63,686 nt of DNA, from positions 1-63,686 of the forward strand of contig JAAPAO010000143.1 of NCBI GenBank assembly GCA_013115145.1, given 5' to 3'. This stretch comes from Perkinsus chesapeaki ATCC PRA-425. Taxonomy: Eukaryota; Protista; Perkinsozoa. Numbering within the stretch: position 1 is the first letter of the stretch; each line of letters begins with the position of its first letter. The notes under the pieces are model-generated. The model searched no databases. It worked only from the letters and a program-made list of their open reading frames with translations, and was not told where the DNA came from. Positions 10,801 to 22,236 of this stretch are shown here, piece after piece. The position numbers were made by a program, and so were the translations under genes.

Positions 10801-13800
10801 TCGTCTTTTCATTGCTCGGAAAGATTCTTCTCGCACCCGAAAGAAAAGATTCTTTTCGTAACAGCGCCCCTCACCTCTCTGTACGGTGTTTGCCTTAACA
10901 AATCTAGTAAATCCCAACTTTAGTAATTTTTTTCTTGACTTGTCCCTTTTCAGATGCTCAGCAAGGTCTCGATGATGGTCGAGCCTCCACGGTTCTATCA
11001 TCATGCGTTTGGCTTGGCAAGCACAAGGAGTTAGCTACCCCGCGGGCTTATGTGTTTAAATGTATCATACCATTTTTAACGTGTCTTTATCACACTGGAG
11101 GAGTACTGGATGCCACTGCTAAGGGAAAGTGAGTTGGTGGGAGAATTTATCTTCTTAAGTCTCATAAAGATTCTAGTTCGACTAGGAACTATATTACTAA
11201 TTATGGTTATTTACATTACAGTGCGCAATAAAACTTCTACTGTATCAAGAGCGTTTTCCTGCGATTGTTTTTATAGAGTATTTCGTAAGTTCACTAAAAA
11301 AATTTCTGAAAAATTTTACTGAAATATCTTATCTAGGTATGTGCACGTTCTTGTCAACTTTGTAAAATTGGGAAAAATGGGGAAAAAGGGAAAAATGGGA
11401 AAAATTGGGGAAATTTCGGGAAAATTTCGCAATTTTTCCAACTCCTAGCTTTATCTTATGAGGAGCTTTTTTGCTGGGCTAACAATATTCCGGTTCTTAG
11501 GATGGTACCTGTGTTGCGAGCTTTGGTGGTGCAGAAGGCCTCTGCCGAGTTGACAGCTCGATTGTGTGAGTGTGCCGAATTGAGCAAAGATGACAGTGGT
11601 GGAATAACTGCGTTGTCGGCATGCCTGTTACATATCACTGATCCTTGTCATGGATCTATGGTTAATCAAAATACGGTAAGCGTTATGATGACGCAGATCG
11701 ATTCTATTGCGTTCCGTTGGGCAAGTTCAGTAGAAATAAATTTAGTATCTTCCGTGTCTTGTAGCTTCTTGAAATATTCATCGGCATTGTAAAAGTAATT
11801 AACCTCTAACGCTTCTCTATGCTATCCTACATTTCTCATTGGTTCTGGGATGGGACGGAGCACCACCATCGTACGAGTGCTTCTGCCCCTGACTAGAACG
11901 TCCCAACGCCGCCCACTATTATTGAGCAACAACTGAGCACGTGCCGCCCTTTGTTTACAATTTCATTTTGGTATTGATGGAGGCGCACCCCCGTTGAGGG
12001 GCAATGGTTGCTGGAGCACATCATACTGTATGCTGTTCTCTAATAGGCCACTTGAGCGTTCGGTGAATATGAATAATATTTTTTCAATAGACTGTTTCAT
12101 TACAGTGCGACATTCCCGCCGGCGTGTGTCGCACTACTATGAAGATATCCTGTCATCGCCTTAGGTCATCCGTTGTGACCAGTCTCTACTGTCAAGTACA
12201 ATCACGCAACTTGAGAGGTATCGAAGACTGTGTACGAGGCCACGGTTGTTGAGGAAGCTGGGCAACACTGAAAGGGAGATCTGTGCGCAGTCGGATGAGC
12301 GCGCGCATCGACAAGTAGGAGAGCTGGTCGCGGGTTCGATCCCTGGCAGCGGCATTTTTAGAGAATTACGGAGTCCATAACGTGGCAGTCGGAGAGTGAG
12401 CAACTTAATAATCTCACCAATCTGTTCCGAGACGAAGGTGGCCATTATGAGTGGGATTGTTTGAACAAGATTATTAGAGTATTGGTTAGAACATCTGCTG
12501 CTGCAAGGTGAGGTCGTGGGTTCGATCCCCGGGTAGTGTATTTTAATATACGATAGAAACAGTAGAGAGCTCCTTACAGTCAAGAGTTCTTTATGTATAG
12601 TTCGCAAGGGCTCCGTTGCACTTCCTTTATGTCTTATATTTCATCTGTCCACTACATACCGAAGAGCTAAGCTCGTGCGAACAGTACGAAACTCTCCTTC
12701 ATAAGGGCTTTGCTTTGTTTTTACCTTTGGACGTTTTTTCACCCTCTACACTGCGCGTCGGATTCTTGTGAACCACTTTGAAGATTAAGCTAACTCGGGG
12801 ACGCACGTGTCTGCACTGGGAGTCATCTCGCCTCGCAGGAATGTGTCTCGCCCCTGAGGGTTGAAAACTATTCTTAACATAATGGAACTTCATTGGCAAA
12901 TATGTTCCTAGAGTAAAAGGACTCCAAACGCGTTCCTTCTGGGACCATTCATCATTCCCCTATGACTCTCTGTAAATTGTTTACCTTCACGTCCGTCCGG
13001 GAAATACATTATTATAGGTCGGCTCGGTCAACCGTTATCGATCCTGTTGACGAGGATGCTGCCCATGACGACGAGGAGCTTGTGAACTGTCAGTGGATCA
13101 AATCGAATAAGACCAAGTTCACCCGGCTCTATTTAAAAGCTCTGTTGCCTCTTGTCAAAGTAAAGACGATAGCAATAAGGCTGCCATGAATTTTCGGTTC
13201 AGGCTCGCCGGAACGATTTCGTCAGGCGAACTGAAGTTTGCTGGATGCTCGCTCATCTGCTTGGCAGCCACTCTAGGGCGATATTATTGGGCGCGCTGGA
13301 ATTGGCCGTGTTGTGTGTTGAAGGGGGGTACAAGAGAGCACAGGTGAGCGAATTCGGGGAGGGGCTGGGAATGGAAGGAGGGGAAATATGTGTACTTAGT
13401 TTTATTAGATTTTTGGGATGAAAAATTGAGAGGTTGGTATTAGCAATTTGTTAGATGCGTTACAGTGGTTGGTAGTGGAAGCCCTCGTGAAGGTCAGCCG
13501 GGTGTAGTTGTATTTCGCTGTTCACTATTCGCTTTATTCGACCTGTTGATTGGAATCCGAAAATAATGTATTTGTGAAGCAAACTGTGCCACTTTGCATA
13601 ACCAAGCATCTCCGCTTCATGTTTGCCAAATATGGTGGATTTTGTGCAGAGCCTGTATTTGCCGTTTTCAGTCGCAACTTTGGCAGCAACCGGCAATCAC
13701 AAAGCTTCGCTTCCTCCGGAACATAAGAGATGTTTTGAAGCTGCAGCCGCAGAGTTCAACCGATCCACGGAGTTTAATAATCGACATTGGTGCTGCCAGT

Positions 13801-16800
13801 CGGCAATATGTGCCGGAGAGGGACCAATGGAACTTGGTCCTCTCGAGTCTAAGGCAAGTGGGGGTGTGTATTGAGGAACTGCGGCAGTTGGTTGACATAT
13901 TTAACAATGTTAAAACGACTAGTGATTAAGGAAGTCAACTTAATATACTTGATCACTATTTGTTTGGTCTGCTATGAAAATGTTATCGGTAGGGGTCATG
14001 GGGGTTCTGGGGTGGGAAATAGGCTTGGATCTTCTCCAAATCTTCTGCCTGGATGTGCATGTGGTGAACTATATAAGAGCTACGCGCCTTGCGAGCCATG
14101 CGATGATGGATTGGTCTGGTGCCTCGCCTTTTTGTCGCGATGGGTGGTGCCTATAGAGGGTATCTATGACAGCTTATTAAGATTGGAAATCGACCTATCG
14201 TTCCAGTCGAAATATTTCTCAGCAAAATTTCCCGTGAAGTTGGGAATATTTAATTGAAGCTGAAACGGTTTTCCTGCGTTTGGGAACGGTCCCGATATTC
14301 CTCCCACCCCTCGCATATGTTGTATTTCAGGTTCATTAAAGAGCTCTGCGAAGGTCACTACGCTCACTGGCAGAATGGTGTTAGAATGCAAGCGTCTGTG
14401 GGCGGCGGCAATAACAGTGGTAACTCCTCCGCATGCAACCTTACGGTTGGTGTATGTGATGCTTTGAGAGATAGCGCCTGGCTTATACCTATGCTTAACA
14501 GGTAAGTAGTGAGGAGGGGGCTTACTGACTATGAGAAATGAAAACCCGAAACCCGAAAACCCGGTTGCACGCTCCTTCATGTAGTGCATTTAGCAATTTG
14601 GGAGGCGATAGTAGAAGCTCCGGTCTAGGCGACAAAGTTGACACGAGTATTGGGTTCGCAATAGTAGTTATCAAATTAGCTATTGCGGAGGGCAAGTCTG
14701 CGTGGATTTTGTTTTGGGTAGGTAGTTTCCTATGTTATTTCAGGTATGATGACTTTGTGAAGCGAGATGTTAGATTATTGGCTAAGATGTTATCTGTTAC
14801 CGTATCATTATTTTGCACTATAACTGAGCTGTGTCAAGGGCCATGTGAAGGGAATCAAAGTGCGGCTGCTAGGAAAACTAAACTGCTTTCCTCGGTTAAT
14901 CATATATGGTAAGTTGGATTAATCAACTTATGAAAATTCGAGAAAATTTCAGAAATTTCTGGGAGGTTTTGTGGCTTTGAACTGGAGCAGCATGCAGGAT
15001 ATGCGAAAGGGGGAAATTTCGGTATTTTTTGGAGTCCCACGGACTTGATTTTCCTAGGAAGAATTGAAATGACAAGCCAGTGACGCCTGGGTATTCACAG
15101 GACTGAGCTTTAGTGTTATGATTGATTATTAGGTTGGCTATTAATAAGTCCAGCGAGCAGGAAGAGTCGCCAGCACCACCAGGGGGAGTGAATCGGTGGT
15201 TATTGAAGAGGAGTGCTACTAGTTTATTAACTATACCGGAGCATGACGATCTTACCACACCGTTATTGAATCCGGATAAGGTGGATGATGGACCCGTTCT
15301 CAGGGATGGGACGCATGTCAGGGATAAAGCTGCTGTTGTTAATATGTTACAGGTAAGCCGGTTTTTGTGGCTTACTGTTATTATTTTGAATCTACTAGTA
15401 TTTTAGGAAGGCGGCATTTGGAGTATTATTGATCATTCTTCTGTGGTGTTTTGAACGGAAGATTTCTGGCAGTGTTCCCAATTTTATTTTTATATTTAAT
15501 TTTCTCACCGTTTTGTATTTCAACATTTCGCTATATTGCTGAAGACTAAATTAAGACTAATAATACTGCTTGTCTGAGAATATGTTTACGAATTACTCAT
15601 AGTAAGCCCACATCGCAAGCCGGCACTCTACAGAAATTAGGAAATTTGCACAACTGTATTTTACATTGCTTGATTTCGATGATTTCGCTGATTCCCATTA
15701 TCTTTCTTCTGCCGCCTCTTGCGTCGATCACGTCTCTCTCTTCAGATGGTTATTCTTGATACTCTATCATCTTTACTAGAAGGTGGTCATGGTAGTGATA
15801 CTGTACGACTTAACGCTGATACCATGGCTATATCATTGGATACTAATATGTTGACTAAGTTGTTGGAAGGAGCCATTAGGAAGGGACAGGCGTCATTGGC
15901 AGCGAGGTGAGATTGGCGAATAATACCTCACTGTTCTGCATTATTTCTTTATTTATTTCCATTCATCTTTCTCTATCAATGTTATTTTTGAATCTTTCGA
16001 TGATAATTTTTTTCATCAAATGTATCGTATAGACTTTCACTTTGCTGTTTTTTTATTTATTTTGTCCACTAGGTTTCGTCTGCCATGTTTCTGCCTGTTT
16101 AATATTACTGCTCGGCTTTGCTGAGTCTTACGTGGTGATTTTACTTATATTTTTTTCGCAGTTTTCTTTGTGATGGTCAAAAGAGTACTACTGTTATATA
16201 TCAGATACATGATACTAATAGACTCAATTACGAGGCGCGTGACTATGAAGAGCTCGGCTGCTAGTAAATGGGCATCTTATAATAATACTACGCCCATGCT
16301 GAAGGCAGTTCGAGAGAGCCTGCAGGTGAGGAAGGGTTACTGCTGCTCGTGAAGCTGTCGTTGGCGTATATTATACGAGTAGTTGCATCGCTTCTTAATA
16401 GTGAAACGGTTGATCGATTTGTTGTTAAGCCCTTGTAGTATATACCATCCAATGTTCGTGTCTCAGACGACCGGAGAGGTCTCAGGGTGGTCGATTCGCA
16501 TATAGCAAATTTAACAAACAGTAGCTTTGAGAATGTTTGTTCATAATTCCAAATGTTGGAGTTTTGTGGCGCGTGAGAATCCTAGGCTGTGCTCACTGAG
16601 ATCGTGATATTGAATGAGCGCTCATTGTCAGGATCGCATCGGTTCGGTTGAAATAGTCAACTGTCGTGATCAACTAGAGCATATTTATTTCATAGTGCCT
16701 GACTCGGTGCTCAGAAGGTAACCTCGAAAATATCTTTGCTTTTTGACTCGTCTTCCCAGAGCCCAAAGTGATGAATTCGAAGCGTTAAAGGAGAGAGTGA

Positions 16801-18721
16801 TGCATGATGTCCCTCGAGACAATCCGGTGCAGAAGTGTCAAGTGAGGAGCTCCGGAGGAGGCCTATCTCACTGGCTGCTGCTGCTGGTTTTGATACAGGG
16901 TCGCTTCTCATCTACTTTCGACAATGTTCGTATACCGTCCAATTTCGGCATCGCACGCCGGCGCTCTACGGCGAGAGATAACTAAAATTGGGCGACGTAC
17001 ATAACAAATTCTTCGCATACACTGTACATCATATTGTTTTTGCTACTACTTACCCTGCTTGTGATACTGCTCACTGTTACCTCTCCTACTTTGCAATTCG
17101 TTATCTTTTCTCCCTTGTAGAGTACTAAGCAACTTTATATGAGCAGCCCTTCGTTGGCTAAGTATGAGCTTTTAATGACCAAATGTCACTTCCAAACTAG
17201 AATATTTTATTTGATCTCTCCGTGTTACCTTATTTCTCTCCATCTCAGTCCTTCCTGGACATGATAACCGACTCGCTGGTATGGGAGCTGACGGCCTGTG
17301 ACTTTATGAAAAAGCGTCGTATAGTGCTACTTCAGCCTCAACTGTTGGACGCCACATTCCTCTTGTCAATACTACTCAATGCATTGGCTATTATTATTAA
17401 CACTACAGACAGGTAAGGTCGTTTGGAGGCCTGTGGTGACGTTAATAAAGCTGAGGGGCGATCCCGTTATAGCGTTTCGTAGAGGGGATTCCCTGATTCT
17501 GTGGGCTGAAGCGCGAGAGAATTCGAACCGAAGGACACACGCGGTGGCATTTTTAAGAACTTCATGTGCAATATTGTCCGTCTTGGTGGATAATGATACT
17601 GAACACGTTGAAGCCGATATTATTGAGCTAATAAGTGTCATGTTATGCTCTTCTGCATCTTAGTACTGGTTGTCACTCCAACCTCTGACGTATCTTTCCT
17701 ATCATCATCAGGTTCCATCCACTTTGGGCGTCCCTATTATGGTTGCTCGGTCTAGTGCATGCTGTCCTGTCGATGGCGAGGTTTATATCGTGTACGGTAT
17801 CAAAGTTGCCTATGAACTTATTAAGACTTGAGCCGGACTTGGCCCATAAATTGGACGAAGAGCAGGTAAGTGTAGCGGAGCGAAGCGTTTCATGTTTTAC
17901 ATTTTCAGGATTTGTCGCTGCTTGTGAAGGCGGGCGTTCCTCTGCTATGGTTCATTCCATGGTATCATTTGACGTATCTTTTGATGTCGATAAGTGCATG
18001 GTCGTTTGCCGGAGAGCATGTTTACTTTTTTCATCTTTTTGACATAATTCTTCAATCCTCTTTATTGAAGGTGACTCTCCGTTCTATCCAGAGCCAAGGC
18101 CTCTCCCTCGCCTCGACAGGGATGCTCTGGCTCCTCATAATGTACTCTTTTGCCATGGTGGGCCACAGGCATTTTCGCGGTGATTTCCCAGAAGGAGAAT
18201 GCCGTGACGTGACGTCTTGTATCGCTTTTGTTATGAACTTCGGCTTGAGGGCTGGAGGAGGCCTCGGGGACTATTTGAAAGGTGGCGAGGAGGGCCACAG
18301 TGAAGGGTGGGGTAGAATGGTTTTTGATACGATATATTTTATTTTGAGTACTGTGGTTATGGCTAATATAGTGAGTGGTATTATTATCGATGCTTTTGGT
18401 GAATCTCGCGATAAGAGGAATGAAGTGCTACTGGACCAGAAGAACAACTGTTTTGTTTGCTCGCTCGCGGCAGCTAAGTTCGATAGAGCGGATCGATTGA
18501 CAGGATTTAGGCATCACTACAAAAGGATGCATAATATGTGGGCGTATGTTTATTTTGTGGCGTATCTTAAGTTGAAGGACCCCACAGAGCTCACCGGTAC
18601 GGAGGACTATGTCAAGGCAGCAGTCGAGCGACATTCAATTGACTGGTTGCCGGTTTTAAGAGCATCTATGGGAGCTGGGGAGAGGAAGGAGCTTAGAGAA
18701 GATATTGGGGAGAGTTCGTGA
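4795..18721 (+). CDS. ITPR: Inositol 1,4,5-trisphosphate receptor / ryanodine-receptor family Ca2+ release channel, multi-exon
   Basis: N-terminal beta-trefoil/MIR-like MGRCAQFRHVATGKLLCV...GSPGTWFRV (ORF 4762-5802); long helical middle exons; last exon 17912-18721 has pore motif GLRAGGGLGD, S6 helix NIVSGIIIDAFGESRD and the C2H2 linker CFVCSL...HYKRMHNMWAYVYF...KDPTELTGTEDYV, all diagnostic of IP3R/RyR. Confidence 0.92.
12315..12361 (+). other. 47-nt intron of the IP3R gene made mostly of a tRNA 3' end (sense)
   Basis: GTAGGAGAGCT-GGTC-GCGGG-TTCGATC-CCTGG-CAGCGGC-A-TTTTT-AG. Removal joins open frames ...DERAHRQ|RITESITW...; retention frameshifts. Confidence 0.85.
12508..12556 (+). other. 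49-nt intron of the IP3R gene made mostly of a tRNA 3' end (sense)
   Basis: GTGA-GGTC-GTGGG-TTCGATC-CCCGG-GTAGTGT-A-TTTT-AATATACGATAG. Removal joins ...VRTSAAAR|NSRELLTVK in frame. Confidence 0.85.
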
Positions 18722-18893
18722 TGATTTTACGGTTTTTCAATCAGAAAATGTCCTCACATAAGTGAGCTATGTCAGCCCAAGAATGTAGCTCTCTGCCCTA
18801 TTTGTTTAACTTGGTCGAGTTTTCCCTCGGTTAGCTTGATTTGTGTTATTAATGCAGCCCCACTCCGTCTACAGTATAATAATAACGACCTTC

Positions 18894-20189
18894 ATGTCAT
18901 CATCTTCCTCCTCCTCCGCCTATGGCGATCGTATGGTTAAAGGTGTGTTGAAGTTGAAGGGAGCGGATGGTATAGCTAAACCGGTAGTAGGGCAGCAGCG
19001 GCAGCAGCAGGCTGGGATCTGGCATCTTTGAAGCTGGCGTTAGAAATATAGAGAATAAGGGCTGGGCGAGTCGGTAGAGGCAAGTGGTTTCTCTCGTAGT
19101 AATTGCGTCGCATTAAATATCTCTTTAATACCCGCAAGGAGAGCGCTCCTATATCTTTCTGAATCATTCAGACTGAATGTTCTTCTTAGTAGCACTGGGG
19201 GCCTTCCGCCGGATCGCCCCTCGGTGGGGCTTATTTTTCAAGGAGTGGTCGGTAGGGACTTACTTAATAGGTTACCTCTAAAAAGAAGAGGAAGCATCAT
19301 CATAGATCGAAGGAGACTGCAGCGGATAAGCCGGAGCCGACACGACAATCTGATGAAGAGGAATCGGATCGGTAGGAGCTTGGCCGTTTTATTTGCCGAA
19401 GTTTGTCGCCACTGGTGAAGGGGTCGAAGTAACCTCGTGACAGTTGGGCAGGGGATGAAAAATTTAGTGCGGTTTATTCGGTTTCTACAAGTGCTAGACT
19501 TTACCAGTTGTACAATAAGCCCTTAAATTCAACATTGTATTGCGCGTATTCTTTAGAGTGCGAAGCTGTTCAGTACGCGCAGTTCTCTGGTGCATTTACA
19601 TATTCATGGGTAATAGATTAATCGCTCCCTGTCGGAGTGTTCTGGGGGCTCTTGACTGGACGGGAGAAGTGCTCAAGTGGGGCGCCAGTAATATTATTGA
19701 TCGTATCTGCGCCACACATTCTACGTATTAATATCTTACTAAAATTGATTATCAGTACCTCCCAGATCATTTATAAATGCCTGTGAATCTTCCCGTCTTG
19801 CTGGCTCCAGAAATGTATCAACGACGTCGGACGTTGTAATGTGTTGTAGAGCAATCGAAACTACATTCGGGCAAGATTGATAAATGCCAGCGTGTTGACC
19901 AAAAATGATAATAAACGTTTGGGAAGGTTTGGGGGGACTTGTAGCTGTTGTTAGGGCGCCAGAACCCAAGTTGACTAGGACGCCTGCTGAGTTGGCATTT
20001 CAACGGTTACAGGAGGAGCGGAAAGGTGAGTGATATGAGTGAGAGCGAGGGTGAGGAGATTTGTGGTTAGCTGAGAGAATAGCGAAGCAAATTGCCAAGA
20101 CACATAGAGAGAAGATGGATGAACTACACGACAAGTTGGATAAAATGAGCGAGCATTTCGAGGTGCCTAAGATCGCTGGTACACATTAG
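18894..20189 (+). CDS. FAM32A: FAM32A / DUF1754 family protein, multi-exon
   Basis: N-terminal MVKGVLKLKG and C-terminal RTPAELAFQRLQEERK|AERIAKQIAKTHREKMDELHDKLDKMSEHFEVPKI match the FAM32A pattern (KGPLKLKG...RTPAQAAF...KTHKQRVEDFNRHLDTLTEHYDIPKV). Confidence 0.85.
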
Positions 20190-20852
20190 GAGGTGGTTGC
20201 GGCGGCAGTGGGAAGGGTGTTGAGTTGTACGTTGTTAATGGGGAGGTATGTAGGCAACTATATTGGCCATCAGGCTTGTCCTGTCTTTGTGTCAGTCTTG
20301 GGAAAGTCCTGTCTTGTATCCATGGAGGAGTCCTCATTTTCACACTAATCGCAGGCGCTATAGGAGGTTCTCGTGGATCTCTGAAAGCACAGACGTTGGT
20401 TGAATTGCCTTCCACGTGCGTTCCCCTCATCGCTGGGCGTGTCTATCGCCTGTGGAAGGTTTTAGTCTTTCTTTTATCACGTTGCTGTTGCATATGTATA
20501 AGTATAGCGAGTGAGATGAGGTTACGGGAAGCATGGACTACTGGGTTGTTTTTCTTTGTATTTTTAAATAACAGTTGTCGGTTCTTCGAAGTACCTGTCT
20601 TTGTATTGCTGATGATGGTGATATAATGTCATTGATATTCACATTGTTGTTGTTGAGAAGGTGGAGGAGGTAGTGGTATAACCTTTCCCTTCCTACCACT
20701 GCTGCTGTGAGCTCTTGTTACTTGAATGGTGCTTGATGTTGTTTGAACTCCGGGAAGATGGAATATGACTCTAAATCAATACAGCTGTCAACATGACAGC
20801 ACATGTTAAAGTTAGATATTAAATTGATCAGTCTGCCGTGATAGGTTGTGCA

Positions 20853-22100
20853 TTAGGCAATAGGTCCCAAGGTATGGTGGTCTGGTTTAGTAGTGCGTAA
20901 TGCTATAGGTCCCAAGGTATGGTGGTCTGGTTTAGTAGTGCGTAATGCTATAGGTCCCAAGGTATGATGGTCTGGTTTAGTAGTGCGTAATGCTATNNNN
21001 NNNNNNNNNNNNNNNNNNNNNNNNNNNNNNNNNNNNNNNNNNNNNNNNNNNNNNNNNNNNNNNNNNNNNNNNNNNNNNNNNNNNNNNNNNNNNGTTTAGT
21101 AGTGCGTAATGCTATAGGTCCCAAGGTATGATGGTCTGGTTTAGTAGTGCGTAATGCTATAGGTCCCAAGGTATGATGGTCTGGTTTAGTAGTGCGTAAT
21201 GCTATAGGTCCCAAGGTATGATGGTCTGGTTTAGTAGTGCGTAATGCTATAGGTCCCAAGGTATGATGGTCTGGATTAGTAGTGCGTAATGCTATAGGTC
21301 CCAAGGCATGATGGTCTGGTTTAGTAGTTCGTAATGCTTTATGTAGAGTGGCTGTGATCCACTTGTCTATAACCATTTTCACGCGGGTGGTGAGCGACCT
21401 GACAGAAAGCAATAGAGCTATTCGTCATCATCATAGACCAGGCTTTTCTACTGGGGAAGTTGTGAGTTAACGAGTGCTGCCGAGAGTGGAATGGCAATGG
21501 TGAAGTAAAGCGACGAGTACTACTTACTCTTCAGGATAGCTGCACCAATAACAATGGGATGCGTCGGGCACCTGCAAGTGCTTTCTGTGATAAAATTTTC
21601 AGTGCTTAACTATTTTACCAAATAAACATCCAAACCCTTCCTTCCCTTTGTAATGGATGATGGATACCATGGATCAGCTCCACTATTAATGGGGAGTATA
21701 TTAGTAGCACCGTGAAGATCATACCCGACATAATCTTGAAACTTGGCGACATCCTGCTGAAACTGAAACGTCGAAGTAATACAGCAACCCGACTCGGCTC
21801 TTTGTCCTCGTCCTCTCCTATCCCGAATTCTTCCTCGGCATATCTCTATGAGATACTCAGACCAGTCAATTCCGGTATAGGAGGGACACCCCCCGTTATC
21901 ACGCACGTGGATCGGGCCATGGTGCCACATCTCCACTGTGCCCATTCGTGTTGAACAGTTTTGGCGAACTCTATAAAGAAATGAGGGGCGAGCAAGGTGT
22001 AAGCTTTGATTATTGGTTATCGGCCGAACTCACCTGGCGACCGTTTCGTTCCAACTGAGATGGAATCCAGACCCAGCAGGTGTCCGTAGAGTGTCCTAAA
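20853..22100 (-). CDS. S28 serine peptidase C-terminal fragment with a 15-aa tandem repeat tail; N-terminal catalytic part apparently missing
   Basis: GATNILPINSGADPW (about 21660-21710), VPDASHC (about 21550-21570), VIDKWI, then (TTKPDHHTLGPIALR)n to TAA at 20853-20855. Only about 140 nt separate the upstream limit from the divergent POLE start. Confidence 0.6.
20859..21338. repeat. 45-bp tandem minisatellite (at least 8 units) spanning an assembly gap (N 20997-21093)
   Basis: Unit AGGTCCCAAGGTATGATGGTCTGGTTTAGTAGTGCGTAATGCTAT; 3 copies before and about 5.4 after the gap. Confidence 0.97.
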
Positions 22101-22236
22101 CCGGTTCCAGTGCAACTTCTGATGACACTACGAGCTCATGTTAATTTTCATTGTCTCATCTTCGAGTGCGTTTTTGTTGTTATTAAGTTATAAATACAAC
22201 GCGGCCTCGGTACGTAGGAGAGTATTTCTTTGTTAT

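Noticed and set aside
11375-11445. GGGAAAAAT / GAAAATTTCG low-complexity run (also about 14935-14965)
   Set aside because: Degenerate intronic low-complexity sequence; not a telomeric or defined repeat unit.
12275-12354. Possible full-length tRNA spanning exon and intron (A-box-like GCGCAGTCGG in the exon; similar ATTGGTTAGAAC at 12481)
   Set aside because: No anticodon stem or acceptor pairing can be formed; the 5' resemblance lies in open coding sequence and may be chance.
12161-12607. Nested minus-strand gene inside IP3R
   Set aside because: The plus strand gives clean in-frame exons once two short introns are removed.
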